In this document: positions 19,020 to 29,062 of the stretch, in pieces
Layout: each line of letters begins with the position of its first letter
Numbering within the stretch: the stretch's first letter is position 1
Assembly: GCA_041663185.1 (NCBI GenBank)
Contig: JBAZQY010000002.1
Coordinates: forward strand, 74,629 to 138,628
Length of the DNA stretch: 64,000 bases
DNA from: Minisyncoccota bacterium
Lineage (GTDB): Bacteria; Patescibacteriota; Minisyncoccia; Phycocordibacterales; UBA9973
Reading direction: 5' to 3'
The notes under the pieces: model-generated
Told to the model about the DNA's origin: nothing
Database searches by the model: none
What the model saw: the letters and a program-made list of their open reading frames with translations, nothing else
Program-made: the position numbers and the translations under genes

Positions 19020-20717
19020 ATGACAAATAATTATTCAATAAAACAAGTAGCTAAAAGATTGGGGGTTCATGAAGATACTCTTCGCAATTGGGAAGATCAA
19101 GGGCTTATTAAACCTTTGCGTGTAGGCAAAAGACAAGATAGAAAATATACAGATGAAATTATAAATACAATAATTGAGAAAGGGTTAGCTCATCCAATTT
19201 TGAGTTTAGATAAAGACGCTCCAGAGAAAAAAGAAAAAATGAAATTATCAGAGCTTCAATCATTTTTATGGAAGAGTGCTGATATTCTCCGCGGGAAAAT
19301 TGATAGTGGCGATTATAAATCATATATTTTCGGACTTCTCTTTTATAAGAGAATAAGCGATATGTGGGATGAAGAGTATGAAGATATTTTAGCAAAATTT
19401 CACGATGAAGAACTTGCCAATGCCGACTACAACCACAAATTCCAAGTTCCGAAAGATTGCCGTTGGTTAGAAGTTCAGAAAGAAGCTACAAATATTGGCT
19501 CAAAGCTCAACGATGTTTTTGATAAATTAACTACTGCAAACACTCCCAAGCTTGATAAGATTTTCAACAACTTAAATTTCGCTGATAAAGACCGCTTCCC
19601 CAACGAAACAACTCAACGCCTCATAAACCATTTCTCAAAATATAATTTTGGTAATACTTACATCAATTCGGATATTCTTGGTGATGCATATGAATATCTT
19701 ATAAAACAATTTGCTTCAGATGCCGGGAAAAAGGGAGGCGAGTTCTACACTCCACGAGAAATTGAAAGAGTAATAATAAAAATAATAAAACCTGAAGCCA
19801 AAAGTCATGTAAATGACCCAACATGTGGCTCGGGAGGATTTTTATTGGAAGCTTATCATTATGTTCGTGAAAAATTTGGAGATAAGGAAGCTCGCAAGAT
19901 GTATTTATCGGGGCAAGAAATAAATATTGGAACTTATGCAATTTCAAAAATAAATATGTTCTTACACGGGCTTGAAAGTACCGACATCCGCCGAGGAGAT
20001 ACATTAGCAGATCCTCAATTTTTAGATAAAGCTGGGAAAATCCAAACATTTTCTCATGTAGTTGCAAATTTTCCGTACTCAATCAAAGAGTGGGAATGGG
20101 AAACTTTTACTCATGACAAATATGGTCGCACAGATGGGTATGAACTTCCTCCACAGAAAAATGCTGACTACGCTTTTATTCTCCACATAATAAAATCTTT
20201 GAACGAAAACGGCAGAGCTGGGATTGTTGTCCCGCATGGTGTGCTTTTCAAATCTGATACTTCGGGGAGAATTCGTGAGCAAGTTTTAAAGAATGACTTA
20301 ATAGAGGCAATTATCGCAATGCCTGCAAAGCTTTTCTCGGGAGTTGGTATTCCTGTGGCTCTTGTGATATTAAACAAGGCAAAAGCACCAAATCATAAAA
20401 ACAAAATTCTTTTCATAGATGCCGAAAGTGATTATCAAGAAGGGAAAAATCAAAATTCGCTACGAAATCAAGACATAGAAAAAATTGTTTCAGCTTTTGA
20501 TAATTGGAGAGATGTTGATAAATATGCTCGTGTTATAAATATGAAAGAAATAGAAGAAAACGATTATAATTTAAATGTTCGTAGATATATTGACTCATCG
20601 GAAGTAGAAGAAGTTATTGATGTTTCCGTTGTGTGGAAAGAATTAAAACAAACAGAAAAAGAGCGTGATGAAATCAATAAAAAAGTCGAGGGATATTTAA
20701 AAGAATTAATATACTAA
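19020..20717 (+). CDS. hsdM: Type I RM methyltransferase HsdM with an N-terminal MerR-type HTH
   Basis: YSIKQVAKRLGVHEDTLRNWE..R..RKY (MerR HTH), then LWKSADILRG, GEFYTPR, DPTCGSGG, ANFPY. Confidence 0.92.
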   Translation: MTNNYSIKQVAKRLGVHEDTLRNWEDQGLIKPLRVGKRQDRKYTDEIINTIIEKGLAHPILSLDKDAPEKKEKMKLSELQSFLWKSADILRGKIDSGDYKSYIFGLLFYKRISDMWDEEYEDILAKFHDEELANADYNHKFQVPKDCRWLEVQKEATNIGSKLNDVFDKLTTANTPKLDKIFNNLNFADKDRFPNETTQRLINHFSKYNFGNTYINSDILGDAYEYLIKQFASDAGKKGGEFYTPREIERVIIKIIKPEAKSHVNDPTCGSGGFLLEAYHYVREKFGDKEARKMYLSGQEINIGTYAISKINMFLHGLESTDIRRGDTLADPQFLDKAGKIQTFSHVVANFPYSIKEWEWETFTHDKYGRTDGYELPPQKNADYAFILHIIKSLNENGRAGIVVPHGVLFKSDTSGRIREQVLKNDLIEAIIAMPAKLFSGVGIPVALVILNKAKAPNHKNKILFIDAESDYQEGKNQNSLRNQDIEKIVSAFDNWRDVDKYARVINMKEIEENDYNLNVRRYIDSSEVEEVIDVSVVWKELKQTEKERDEINKKVEGYLKELIY

Positions 20718-20721
20718 ATAT

Positions 20722-21543
20722 ATGGATATAACACCATTTGAGAAAATAAAAAAGGTTACAGATTATGGAGCAGAGTATTGGATAGCCAGAGAGTTAATGG
20801 AGGTTCTTGGTTACGATACATGGAGAAGATTTGAAGATGCTATCCAAAGAGCGATAGAATCATGTAATAACGCAGGAGGAGATGCAAGTCAAGAGTTTTT
20901 GCCGGCTCCGGCAAAAACCCAAGAGGTAGGTGGAAGACCCGGAAAAGACTATATTTTATCAAGATATGCTTGTTATCTTATAGCACAAAATGGAGATCCA
21001 TCAAAAGAGCAAATAGCTAATGCTCAGACTTATTTTGCAATACAAGCAAGAAAACAAGAAGTATATGAGACAACAATTGAGGATAAAAAGAGAGTAATGT
21101 TGCGAGAAGAAATGAAAAAGCATAATTTAGAACTTGCTTCAGCTGCTAAACAAGCCGGTGTTATAGATCCATACGATTATGCGATTTTTCAAAATTTTGG
21201 TTATAAGGGTTTATATGGGAATCTTGGTGTGCAAGATATTCACAGGAAGAAAGGTCTCAAAAAATCTCAGAAAATATTAGACCATATGGGGAGTGAAGAG
21301 TTAGCTGCAAATCTTTTTAGAACTACTCAAGCAGAGGCAAAATTACGACGAGAGAATAGAAAAGATAAAGGCAGAGCAAATGAATTACATAGAGAAGTAG
21401 GTGCTATGGTTAGAAAAACAATAAAAGAAATAGGAGGTACTATGCCAGAAAATTTACCCGTTGCTGAAGGGATAAATAAAACTGTTCTTAAATTGAAAAA
21501 AGGTACGATAGATAAAAAATTACTTAAACCTAATAAAAAATAA
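20722..21543 (+). CDS. dinD: DNA-damage-inducible protein D-like
   Basis: EYWIARELMEVLGY, LSRYACYLIAQNGDP, AQTYFAIQ, ILDHMGSEELAANLFR, GGTMPENLP. Confidence 0.9.
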   Translation: MDITPFEKIKKVTDYGAEYWIARELMEVLGYDTWRRFEDAIQRAIESCNNAGGDASQEFLPAPAKTQEVGGRPGKDYILSRYACYLIAQNGDPSKEQIANAQTYFAIQARKQEVYETTIEDKKRVMLREEMKKHNLELASAAKQAGVIDPYDYAIFQNFGYKGLYGNLGVQDIHRKKGLKKSQKILDHMGSEELAANLFRTTQAEAKLRRENRKDKGRANELHREVGAMVRKTIKEIGGTMPENLPVAEGINKTVLKLKKGTIDKKLLKPNKK

Positions 21544-21547
21544 ATTT

Positions 21548-22651
21548 ATGAGTATTTGGGATATTTTTAGAACAAATGAAGCAGAAATTATAAACAATAA
21601 AAAAATTGGGGTAATTTATGTTGCTGACTTTCCACAAGATACTGGTAAATATGTTTCTATTGCCGAGGGTAGTGTTAATAATTCAGATTTAGATATAAAA
21701 ATTTCAACTCGTATTCATTTACGCATTACTTATATAACACATTCAGAGAAGATTAGTGGAGTTGAGATTGCAAAAGTAGATGGGGATAAAATTGAGAAAA
21801 TTCATTTTTCTACTTTAGATTTTGAACGCATCCTACAGTTACTAAGTTTATTTTCTGAATTAGATTTAAAAGCAGTAGTCAATAAAACGGTGATGTTTGA
21901 TGAGTCTATAATAGGTGACTCTAAAGAAGTTTCAAGATTTTTAACATTAATAGCTTCAGACCCAGAAGGCAAAGAGAAATTAGGAGAAGTTGCTAAAAAT
22001 TATGGGCTTATTAAGGTTGGTGATATAGATAACATAGTTCAGAAAAAAGAAGCAGTTGCTCTTTTTGAGAAAATTTTAAATGATCAAAGGGAATTTACAA
22101 AATATAAGAGTGAGCTTGGAGTAGGAAAAGACGAAGAGGTTTGGCAGAAATTCTTTTCTCAAAATTCATGGATTCTAGGTTCTGATTTTGTTGAAATTCT
22201 TGATGAGAGACGGCTAGATGTTGAAAATATAACAGATTACCTTTTAAAATCATTTGATGGTTTTGTGGATATTATTGAATTAAAACTTCCTTCTGTTCAA
22301 TTTTGGACAACAGAGAATATTCCAAGAAGTGAATTAACTTCGGCAACTATGCAGTGTAATAGATATATTTTACAAACAGAAAGAAAAATAAATGATTTAG
22401 AGTTTAATAAGAAAATTCAAAATACTCCAATTGTAAAACCAAGGATTACTTTGATATATGGACGCTCTAATTCATGGGGTGACAACGAGAAAGAGGCGTA
22501 TAGAGTTTTAAATTCAAGTTATTATAATCTAAATATTATTTCTTATGACCATTTACTTGAACGAGCAAAAAGATTAATAGGGATTATTAGTACAAAAACA
22601 ATTATTGTTGAAAACGAAGATGAAATAAACACAGAAGATATCCCTTTTTAA
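21548..22651 (+). CDS. Shedu (SduA/DUF4263)-like anti-phage nuclease with an unrecognised N-terminal domain
   Basis: EEVWQKFFSQNSWILG, TDYLL, DIIELKLP, QCNRY, LIYGR, IISYDHLLERA: PD-(D/E)xK pattern typical of DUF4263. Confidence 0.75.
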   Translation: MSIWDIFRTNEAEIINNKKIGVIYVADFPQDTGKYVSIAEGSVNNSDLDIKISTRIHLRITYITHSEKISGVEIAKVDGDKIEKIHFSTLDFERILQLLSLFSELDLKAVVNKTVMFDESIIGDSKEVSRFLTLIASDPEGKEKLGEVAKNYGLIKVGDIDNIVQKKEAVALFEKILNDQREFTKYKSELGVGKDEEVWQKFFSQNSWILGSDFVEILDERRLDVENITDYLLKSFDGFVDIIELKLPSVQFWTTENIPRSELTSATMQCNRYILQTERKINDLEFNKKIQNTPIVKPRITLIYGRSNSWGDNEKEAYRVLNSSYYNLNIISYDHLLERAKRLIGIISTKTIIVENEDEINTEDIPF

Positions 22652-22653
22652 TT

Positions 22654-23841
22654 ATGAAAACTAACCAATTACAAAAGAAGATTCCAAATGGGTGGATGGA
22701 GGATAACATAGGAAAATATGGGTCTTGTATTCGTGGAGTAAGTTACTCTCCACGAGATCTTAGGGATACAGAAGACGAATCCTCTATCTCTTTATTGCGG
22801 TCTAATAATATTAAGGATGATAAATTGAATCTTTCAGACGTTCAAATTGTTTCAAAAACAAGAGTTTCAGATAATCAGATTCTTAAAAAGGGTGATATTT
22901 TTGTATGTATGTCCAACGGTTCTAAATCTTTAGTTGGTAAAAACGTTTTTATAAAAGATGATGCAGAATATACTATTGGAGCTTTTTGTTCTTTGTTTCA
23001 TTTGAATTCAAACAAGGTTGTTCCTTTGTTTATTAAGCAGTTGTTTCTCTCAGATAGTTATTTAAGACAAATTCAAGATAGTTTAGCTGGAACCAGTATA
23101 AATAATTTAAAAAATTCTCATATTGAAGATTTAAAATTTTTATTTCCTCCAAAACCAGAGCAAGAAAAAATTGCGGAGATTTTAAGTTCAGTTGATGAAG
23201 ATATAGAAAAAACTGAAAAAGTTATTAAAAAAACTGAAAAATTAAAAAATGGATTGTTTAAAAGTCTTTTAAATGAATGTAAAAATACAAAAGAAGTAAA
23301 TTTTTCTGAATTAGTTAAATTAAGAAATGAAAAATTCAGAGGATTAGATAATAAAAAATATGTATCTTTAGAGCACATAGAACAAGGCACTGGCAGGTTG
23401 CTGGGATTTGGAGATTCCGAGGAAACAAAAAGCATAAATTCTGTATTTAGCATAAATAATATTCTTTTTGGGAAATTACGCCCTTACTTACGAAAATATT
23501 GGAAGGCTGATTTTGAGGGTGTTTGTACTGGAGAAATATTGGTATTTGAGCCAATATTAGAGAGTGATATTGATTTCATTTTTCAATTAATACAAACTGA
23601 TGAATTTATCAATCATTCTGTCTCTGAATCTTTTGGAACTAAAATGCCAAGGACTGATTGGAATATAATTTCAAACTTTCAAATAAAAGTTCCGCCTCAA
23701 AAAGAAAGAGAAAAAATAGGAGAAATTCTTTCAGCTGTCGATGAAAAGATTTTGGTCAATAAAAAATTAAAAGAAAAACTTACTCAATTAAAGAAGGGAT
23801 TAATGTCGGATCTCTTGAGTGGAGAAGTAAGAACAATATAG
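22654..23841 (+). CDS. hsdS: Type I RM specificity subunit
   Basis: IPNGW; two TRDs with repeated PP..EQEKIAEILSSVDE / PP..EREKIGEILSAVDE; KKGLMSDLLSGEVR. Confidence 0.93.
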   Translation: MKTNQLQKKIPNGWMEDNIGKYGSCIRGVSYSPRDLRDTEDESSISLLRSNNIKDDKLNLSDVQIVSKTRVSDNQILKKGDIFVCMSNGSKSLVGKNVFIKDDAEYTIGAFCSLFHLNSNKVVPLFIKQLFLSDSYLRQIQDSLAGTSINNLKNSHIEDLKFLFPPKPEQEKIAEILSSVDEDIEKTEKVIKKTEKLKNGLFKSLLNECKNTKEVNFSELVKLRNEKFRGLDNKKYVSLEHIEQGTGRLLGFGDSEETKSINSVFSINNILFGKLRPYLRKYWKADFEGVCTGEILVFEPILESDIDFIFQLIQTDEFINHSVSESFGTKMPRTDWNIISNFQIKVPPQKEREKIGEILSAVDEKILVNKKLKEKLTQLKKGLMSDLLSGEVRTI

Positions 23842-23845
23842 TAAT

Positions 23846-24664
23846 ATGGATGATTTTAATAAAAGATGGGGAATAATAGAAGAGATAGACTACAAAGAAG
23901 AATTTGAAAAATTTAAAATAAGAGTTTTAACTGTTTTTCGTGAAGTTGATAGTCATGTTGAAGAAGAAGTTGTTGAAAACTTTTGTAATAAGTTGGGTAT
24001 TCCAGTTAATTGGACTTATGATGACTTTAATTATAGAAATTATGGAGAAAATATAATAAATATATTGACTTCAATTAAGGAAGAAAAAAAATTTTATTTT
24101 GCATTAGAATTATTATTAAATTTACCCATTCAAACTTTAATTGGTTACTCTCATGATGAAAAATATAGTAGAAATATATTAGTTAAAAAGTTTTTTGAGA
24201 TTTTAAATTATTCGAAAGTCAACCTTAAAGTTATTATAGAAGATAAAAAAGTAGTTTTGTATCCAGCAGGCGATGAAATGTTAGATGTAGAATTGGTTGA
24301 TAATACTTTAAATTTTTTAAATGCAGAAGCCAAAAAACATTTTGTAGAAGCATTAAAATTTTATCAAGATAAAAAATATATTAAATCTGCTGAAGGTCTT
24401 AGAAGGTCATTAGAAGAATTTTTAAGAAATAGATTGAAAAATACAAAAGGATTGAATGCTAACATTACTGAATTGCAGGCAAAACTAAAAAAAGACGGAC
24501 GCGATCCTCAAGTTAGGAATATAATTCAATCAACTTTTGGATGCCTAGACCAATATTTTAATGAGAATAGTAAACATAATGATGGCGATATTGATGATTC
24601 TGAAAATGAATTTTTAATATATCAGACAGGATTATTAATGAGGTATATAAATAGCAATATATGA
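23846..24664 (+). CDS. Hypothetical helical protein embedded in the RM operon (candidate defence gene)
   Basis: 4-nt gap after hsdS and ATGA-type overlap region with hsdR; C-terminal RRSLEEFL..NENSKHND helical region; family not recognised. Confidence 0.6.
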   Translation: MDDFNKRWGIIEEIDYKEEFEKFKIRVLTVFREVDSHVEEEVVENFCNKLGIPVNWTYDDFNYRNYGENIINILTSIKEEKKFYFALELLLNLPIQTLIGYSHDEKYSRNILVKKFFEILNYSKVNLKVIIEDKKVVLYPAGDEMLDVELVDNTLNFLNAEAKKHFVEALKFYQDKKYIKSAEGLRRSLEEFLRNRLKNTKGLNANITELQAKLKKDGRDPQVRNIIQSTFGCLDQYFNENSKHNDGDIDDSENEFLIYQTGLLMRYINSNI

Positions 24665-27579
24665 AATTCAACGAACAATACACAGTAGAAAATTACATTA
24701 TTAAGTTTCTTAAAGAGACACTAGGTTTTGAATATATAAAGCCAGAGATTTTTGAGAAGTTTCGCTCTTATGAGAATGAATATATTGCAGAGCCACTTTT
24801 ACAAGATGCCATCCGCAAGATTAATGGCAAGGTAGAAAGTGGTGAAATGAGAAATATCATTCAGATAATTCGTGGAGTTGAGACGAATAAAGAATTTCTG
24901 AATTTATTGCGAAATGGTATTGATTTAATTGATTCAGAAACTCGCAGGACAAAAAATTATCAAATTGTGGATTTTGATATTGTAGACAACAATCACTTTG
25001 TCGTTACCAATCAATTTTATTTCGCTGGAAATGCTGAGAATATCAGACCTGATATTATTCTTTTCTTGAATGGAATACCTATTGTTGATATTGAAGCCAA
25101 AAGTCCTACAGCTTCAGAGCAAGTTGATTATGCTATCGCTATCGGGCAGATAAAACGCTATGAAAGAAACGCTAAAAGCCTTTTTATCCCCAACTGCTTC
25201 AATATAGCTACAGATGGACTTAAGACTGTTTATGGGGCTACATATTCGGGAGAACAATTCTTTTCAGAATGGAAAGATAAGGATTTAGAAGAACAATATG
25301 GTGGAAAGTTAGAAAGCACACTTGTTGCACTTTTAGCGGGGCGAAATTTACTTGATATAATTCAAAATTTTATGGTTTTTGAAGATACTGACGAGGGGTC
25401 AATAAAGAAAATAGCTAGATATCAACAGCTTCGCGCTACCAATAAAATTTATGAACGAGTAAAAGAAGGAAAGCAAAAAAGAGGGCTTGTCTGGCATACT
25501 CAAGGATCTGGAAAAAGTTTGACGATGTTTTTCACAGCGTGGAAATTACGCTATGAAAAACTTTTAGAAAATCCTAAAATTTTTGTGCTTGTAGATAGAG
25601 TAGATTTGGATGACCAGATTTTTGAAACCTTTATAAACTGCGGTGGAGAAAATGTTGAAAGAGTGACATCAAGAGAAGAGTTGTTAAAAGTTATTGAATC
25701 AAAGGAGGCTGGGATTTTCGTTTCTACGGTTCATAAATTTGATGAAAATGTGAAAGATATAAAAAATGAAGCTTCAAATATCATTGTGCTAATTGATGAA
25801 GCACACCGTACTCAATATGGAAGTTTAGGTATCTATTTAAGGAGTTCTTTGCCAAATGCTAGTATGATAGGTTTTACAGGCACTCCAATATCTAAAACGC
25901 ATGAAGAATTTGGGCTTTTGACTTCTGGTAATCCCGAAAGGTATCTTGATTATTATTCCATCAAGCAAGCGATAGAAGATAACGCGACAGTTCCTGTTGT
26001 TTATGAAGCAAGGTTGTCAAAGTTTTCTATAGACGAAAAAGAAATTGATGCTCAATTTGATTTAGCAACAAGTGATTTATCAATAGAACAAAAAGATTTA
26101 CTTTCTAAAAAATACGGCAGAAAAGAAGCTTTTACAAAACTTGATAAAAGAATGGAAGCTATCGCTAGAGATATTTATGAGCATTTCAATACTTATGTCG
26201 CACCAGCTGGGTTTAAGGCACAAGTTGTTTGTTATGACAGAGAGACAACAGCTAAATATAAAGAAATTTTTGACCAAATAATGCCGAAAGAATATTCTGA
26301 AGTTATTTATTCCCCGGGCGAAGTTAATACTGATTCTCCAGAACTCAGCAAATACAATAAAACTAAAAGTGAAATAAAAGAGGCTATTAAGAAATTTAAG
26401 GACAAAAATCATCAACTTAAATTCTTACTTGTCTGCGATATGCTTTTGACTGGATTTGATGCACCTGTTGAGCAAGCTATGTATTTAGATAAGCCACTAC
26501 AACATCATAATCTTTTGCAAGCTATTGCTCGTACAAACAGAACCTATCCGCAAAAAGCGAATGGGTTGATAATTGATTATTATGGAATTACTAAAAACTT
26601 GAAAGACGCCTTGGATTTTGATGAAAGTGAAATTGCTGATTCTATGATAGATATGGATACTATTAAAAAAGATTTTGAATCTAGTTTTGAAAAAGTAAGC
26701 AAAATCTTTCACGGTATAAATACCGAAGACCCAAGAATGGAAAATTTAAGGAAATGTTTTGATATTTTCAGGGATAATACACAAAAGCAAGAAGATTTTA
26801 AAGAGGAATGGAATAAACTAAAAATCTTTTACGAAATAATTTCTCCAGACCCATACCTCTTACCATTTACTAGACAAGTAGAATGGTTTGCTTGTTTCTA
26901 TATTGCATTTAAAAAAGAATTTGAAGCCGACACTCGTGATGTCCACGCTCTTCTTTTTGAATATGGTTCAAAATTAAAAGCCATTATTCAATCTGAAGTG
27001 GATTTCGAAGGAATTACAAAAAATTATACCCCTATTCGGTTAGATCAGTTTACAGAACTTGAAAAATACAAAGACCCTGATGAAGATAAGGTTCGTATGC
27101 TTGAGAGAGCTTTAAATTATGAAATTTCTATAAATTTCGATGCTAGCCCTGTGTTTAAAAAATTCTCTGAAAGATTGACTCATATCAAGACAGAGTTTGA
27201 GAAACGTCAGGTGGCATTGCAAGAAACATTAAAAAAACTGCATGATTTAGCTGATGATATTAAAAAAGTTGATGATGAAGCCAAAGATTTAGGTCTTGAT
27301 ATGAAGCAATTCGCTCTATATTCTCTCTCAAAAGAAGAAGGATATATTAAAGAGGCTGAAAAGGGTGTTCTAAAGCAATTTTCAATTGATTTAGGTGAGT
27401 ATTTGGATGATTTACTTCCAGAGGGTTGGCAAGATACTCTTCGCAGAGAAGATTTTTTGAAAGATATAAAAAGACAAATTCAGCAAATGCTTCTACAAGA
27501 ATATAGAGATAATTTAGTTGTTCGTGATTTTCAAAAATATCTAAACAGGCTTGTTGATGTTATTTTAAAAAAGTTTTAA
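24661..27579 (+). CDS. hsdR: Type I RM restriction subunit
   Basis: RPDIILFLNGIPIVDIEAK, QIKRY, WHTQGSGKS, DEAHR, GFTGTP, MLLTGFDAP, QAIARTNR. Confidence 0.95.
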   Translation: MKFNEQYTVENYIIKFLKETLGFEYIKPEIFEKFRSYENEYIAEPLLQDAIRKINGKVESGEMRNIIQIIRGVETNKEFLNLLRNGIDLIDSETRRTKNYQIVDFDIVDNNHFVVTNQFYFAGNAENIRPDIILFLNGIPIVDIEAKSPTASEQVDYAIAIGQIKRYERNAKSLFIPNCFNIATDGLKTVYGATYSGEQFFSEWKDKDLEEQYGGKLESTLVALLAGRNLLDIIQNFMVFEDTDEGSIKKIARYQQLRATNKIYERVKEGKQKRGLVWHTQGSGKSLTMFFTAWKLRYEKLLENPKIFVLVDRVDLDDQIFETFINCGGENVERVTSREELLKVIESKEAGIFVSTVHKFDENVKDIKNEASNIIVLIDEAHRTQYGSLGIYLRSSLPNASMIGFTGTPISKTHEEFGLLTSGNPERYLDYYSIKQAIEDNATVPVVYEARLSKFSIDEKEIDAQFDLATSDLSIEQKDLLSKKYGRKEAFTKLDKRMEAIARDIYEHFNTYVAPAGFKAQVVCYDRETTAKYKEIFDQIMPKEYSEVIYSPGEVNTDSPELSKYNKTKSEIKEAIKKFKDKNHQLKFLLVCDMLLTGFDAPVEQAMYLDKPLQHHNLLQAIARTNRTYPQKANGLIIDYYGITKNLKDALDFDESEIADSMIDMDTIKKDFESSFEKVSKIFHGINTEDPRMENLRKCFDIFRDNTQKQEDFKEEWNKLKIFYEIISPDPYLLPFTRQVEWFACFYIAFKKEFEADTRDVHALLFEYGSKLKAIIQSEVDFEGITKNYTPIRLDQFTELEKYKDPDEDKVRMLERALNYEISINFDASPVFKKFSERLTHIKTEFEKRQVALQETLKKLHDLADDIKKVDDEAKDLGLDMKQFALYSLSKEEGYIKEAEKGVLKQFSIDLGEYLDDLLPEGWQDTLRREDFLKDIKRQIQQMLLQEYRDNLVVRDFQKYLNRLVDVILKKF

Positions 27580-27581
27580 AT

Positions 27582-28142
27582 ATGAAAAGAAAACTTGTAA
27601 TAAAAAATCAAAATATTACTGTTGAAATAAGGAAAAGCAAGAAAGCGAAGAGAATGAGAATAGCTGTCTATTGTGATGGCTCAGTTGTCGCTGTGCATCC
27701 AGAAAATATTAGCTTTTTGAAAATTTTATCAGTTATTGAAGATAAAATTAATTGGATAAAAGAAAAAGTTGATTTTTTTAGTTCGAAGCAAGATATTGCT
27801 GTTTTAAAAGGAACGAAAAGAGAATATTTAAAAAATAAAGAAGAAGCTCTTTTATTAGTTAAAAGTAAAGTTGAGTATTTTAATAATTTTTATAAATTTC
27901 ATTACAATAAAATTTATATTAAAAATCAGAAAACACGCTGGGGCAGTTGTTCGGTTAAAAAAAATTTAAATTTTAATTATAAAATTATATTTTTACCTAA
28001 AGAATTGCAGGATTATCTAATCGTGCATGAACTATGTCATTTGAAAGAATTTAACCATTCAAAAAAATTCTGGGACTTAGTGAGATTAAGAATTCCAAAT
28101 CTTAATCAAGTGAGCAAAATGTTAAGAAAGCATTTAAGATAA
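27582..28142 (+). CDS. M48/YgjP (DUF45) family metallohydrolase
   Basis: QKTRWGSCS, YLIVHELCHL..NHSKKFW; usual position after hsdR. Confidence 0.88.
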   Translation: MKRKLVIKNQNITVEIRKSKKAKRMRIAVYCDGSVVAVHPENISFLKILSVIEDKINWIKEKVDFFSSKQDIAVLKGTKREYLKNKEEALLLVKSKVEYFNNFYKFHYNKIYIKNQKTRWGSCSVKKNLNFNYKIIFLPKELQDYLIVHELCHLKEFNHSKKFWDLVRLRIPNLNQVSKMLRKHLR

Positions 28143-28159
28143 TTTTTTATATTAATTTT

Positions 28160-28687
28160 ATGAATTCACATTCAATATTAACTACTGATGGAGAAACAAC
28201 TATTTCTTTAGCATCTGGGAAAGTTGTTAATTTGCCTATTTGTCATCCACAATTTTCTTTATGGAGGGAACCAGTAAATAATTTTAATTATGGCGGAAAG
28301 CCATTGATTAATCATAATAATGAACCCATATTTGCGGAATTAGCGATATTGCGTATATTACAAGCAGATGGTTGGGAGGGTGTATGGGTTGAAACATATG
28401 GGGGAACTCATTTTCTTCAATCTATGCCAAAAGAATGGAAATTAAAATCAGAACATGTTTCAATTCCTAAAGACAAGGAAGAATTATTAAAAAAAATATG
28501 GAAAACAGCAAAAACAACTGCATGTTTTGATATTTTTGCGTGGAAGGGGAAAGACTTTATTTTTTGTGAAGCAAAAACTAAAGGAAAAGATAAACTCACC
28601 AACGGGCAGATTAAGTTTATTGAAGGAGCCCTGTTCTGTGGAATATTGCCTGAATCATTATTAATAGTGGAGTGGGAAGGTAATTAA
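28160..28687 (+). CDS. VRR-NUC-like PD-(D/E)xK nuclease
   Basis: CFDIFAW..IFCEAKTKGKDKLTNGQIKF. Confidence 0.65.
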   Translation: MNSHSILTTDGETTISLASGKVVNLPICHPQFSLWREPVNNFNYGGKPLINHNNEPIFAELAILRILQADGWEGVWVETYGGTHFLQSMPKEWKLKSEHVSIPKDKEELLKKIWKTAKTTACFDIFAWKGKDFIFCEAKTKGKDKLTNGQIKFIEGALFCGILPESLLIVEWEGN

Positions 28688-28693
28688 ATAAGA

Positions 28694-28716
28694 TTAGCAA
28701 GGACAGTCCTTGCTAA
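28694..28716. repeat. Palindrome family F (tagcaagRacRgtYcttRcta)
   Basis: ttagcaaggac-a-gtccttgctaa; related copies at 29041-29069 and 29633-29653. Confidence 0.8.
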
Positions 28717-28749
28717 AAAAAGAAATAGATCAAAAATTAAATTAAAAAT

Positions 28750-28917
28750 ATGGTTATAGATATTGAACTTACTTTGAATAGATTCGGTTTTGGGAAAATT
28801 GCCAAGAATAAATTTCAATTTTTTTGGTTAAGATTTTCAAAGTGGAATATCCCGGGCAAATACTCCATCTCTTTCGAGATAAATTGGCGAAAGAAAGAAG
28901 AAAATAAAAATTTATGA
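28750..28917 (+). CDS. 55-aa hypothetical protein (below the ORF-track cutoff)
   Basis: MVIDIELTLNRFGFGKIAKNKFQFFWLRFSKWNIPGKYSISFEINWRKKEENKNL*, after an A-rich leader, between palindromes F and E. Confidence 0.4.
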   Translation: MVIDIELTLNRFGFGKIAKNKFQFFWLRFSKWNIPGKYSISFEINWRKKEENKNL

Positions 28918-28982
28918 TTTACACCCCAAAAATGCAACAAGCGACAAGATTTGCGTCAAAAACGCATCAAAAATCCCCAATG

Positions 28983-29014
28983 ACATTCCAACATTCTCAA
29001 GAATGTGAGAATGT
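28983..29014. repeat. Palindrome family E, copy 1
   Basis: acattccaacattct-ca-agaatgtgagaatgt. Confidence 0.8.
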
Positions 29015-29062
29015 TGATAATATAGATTGTGAGAAAATTAGGACTAGCAAGAACAGTTCTTG

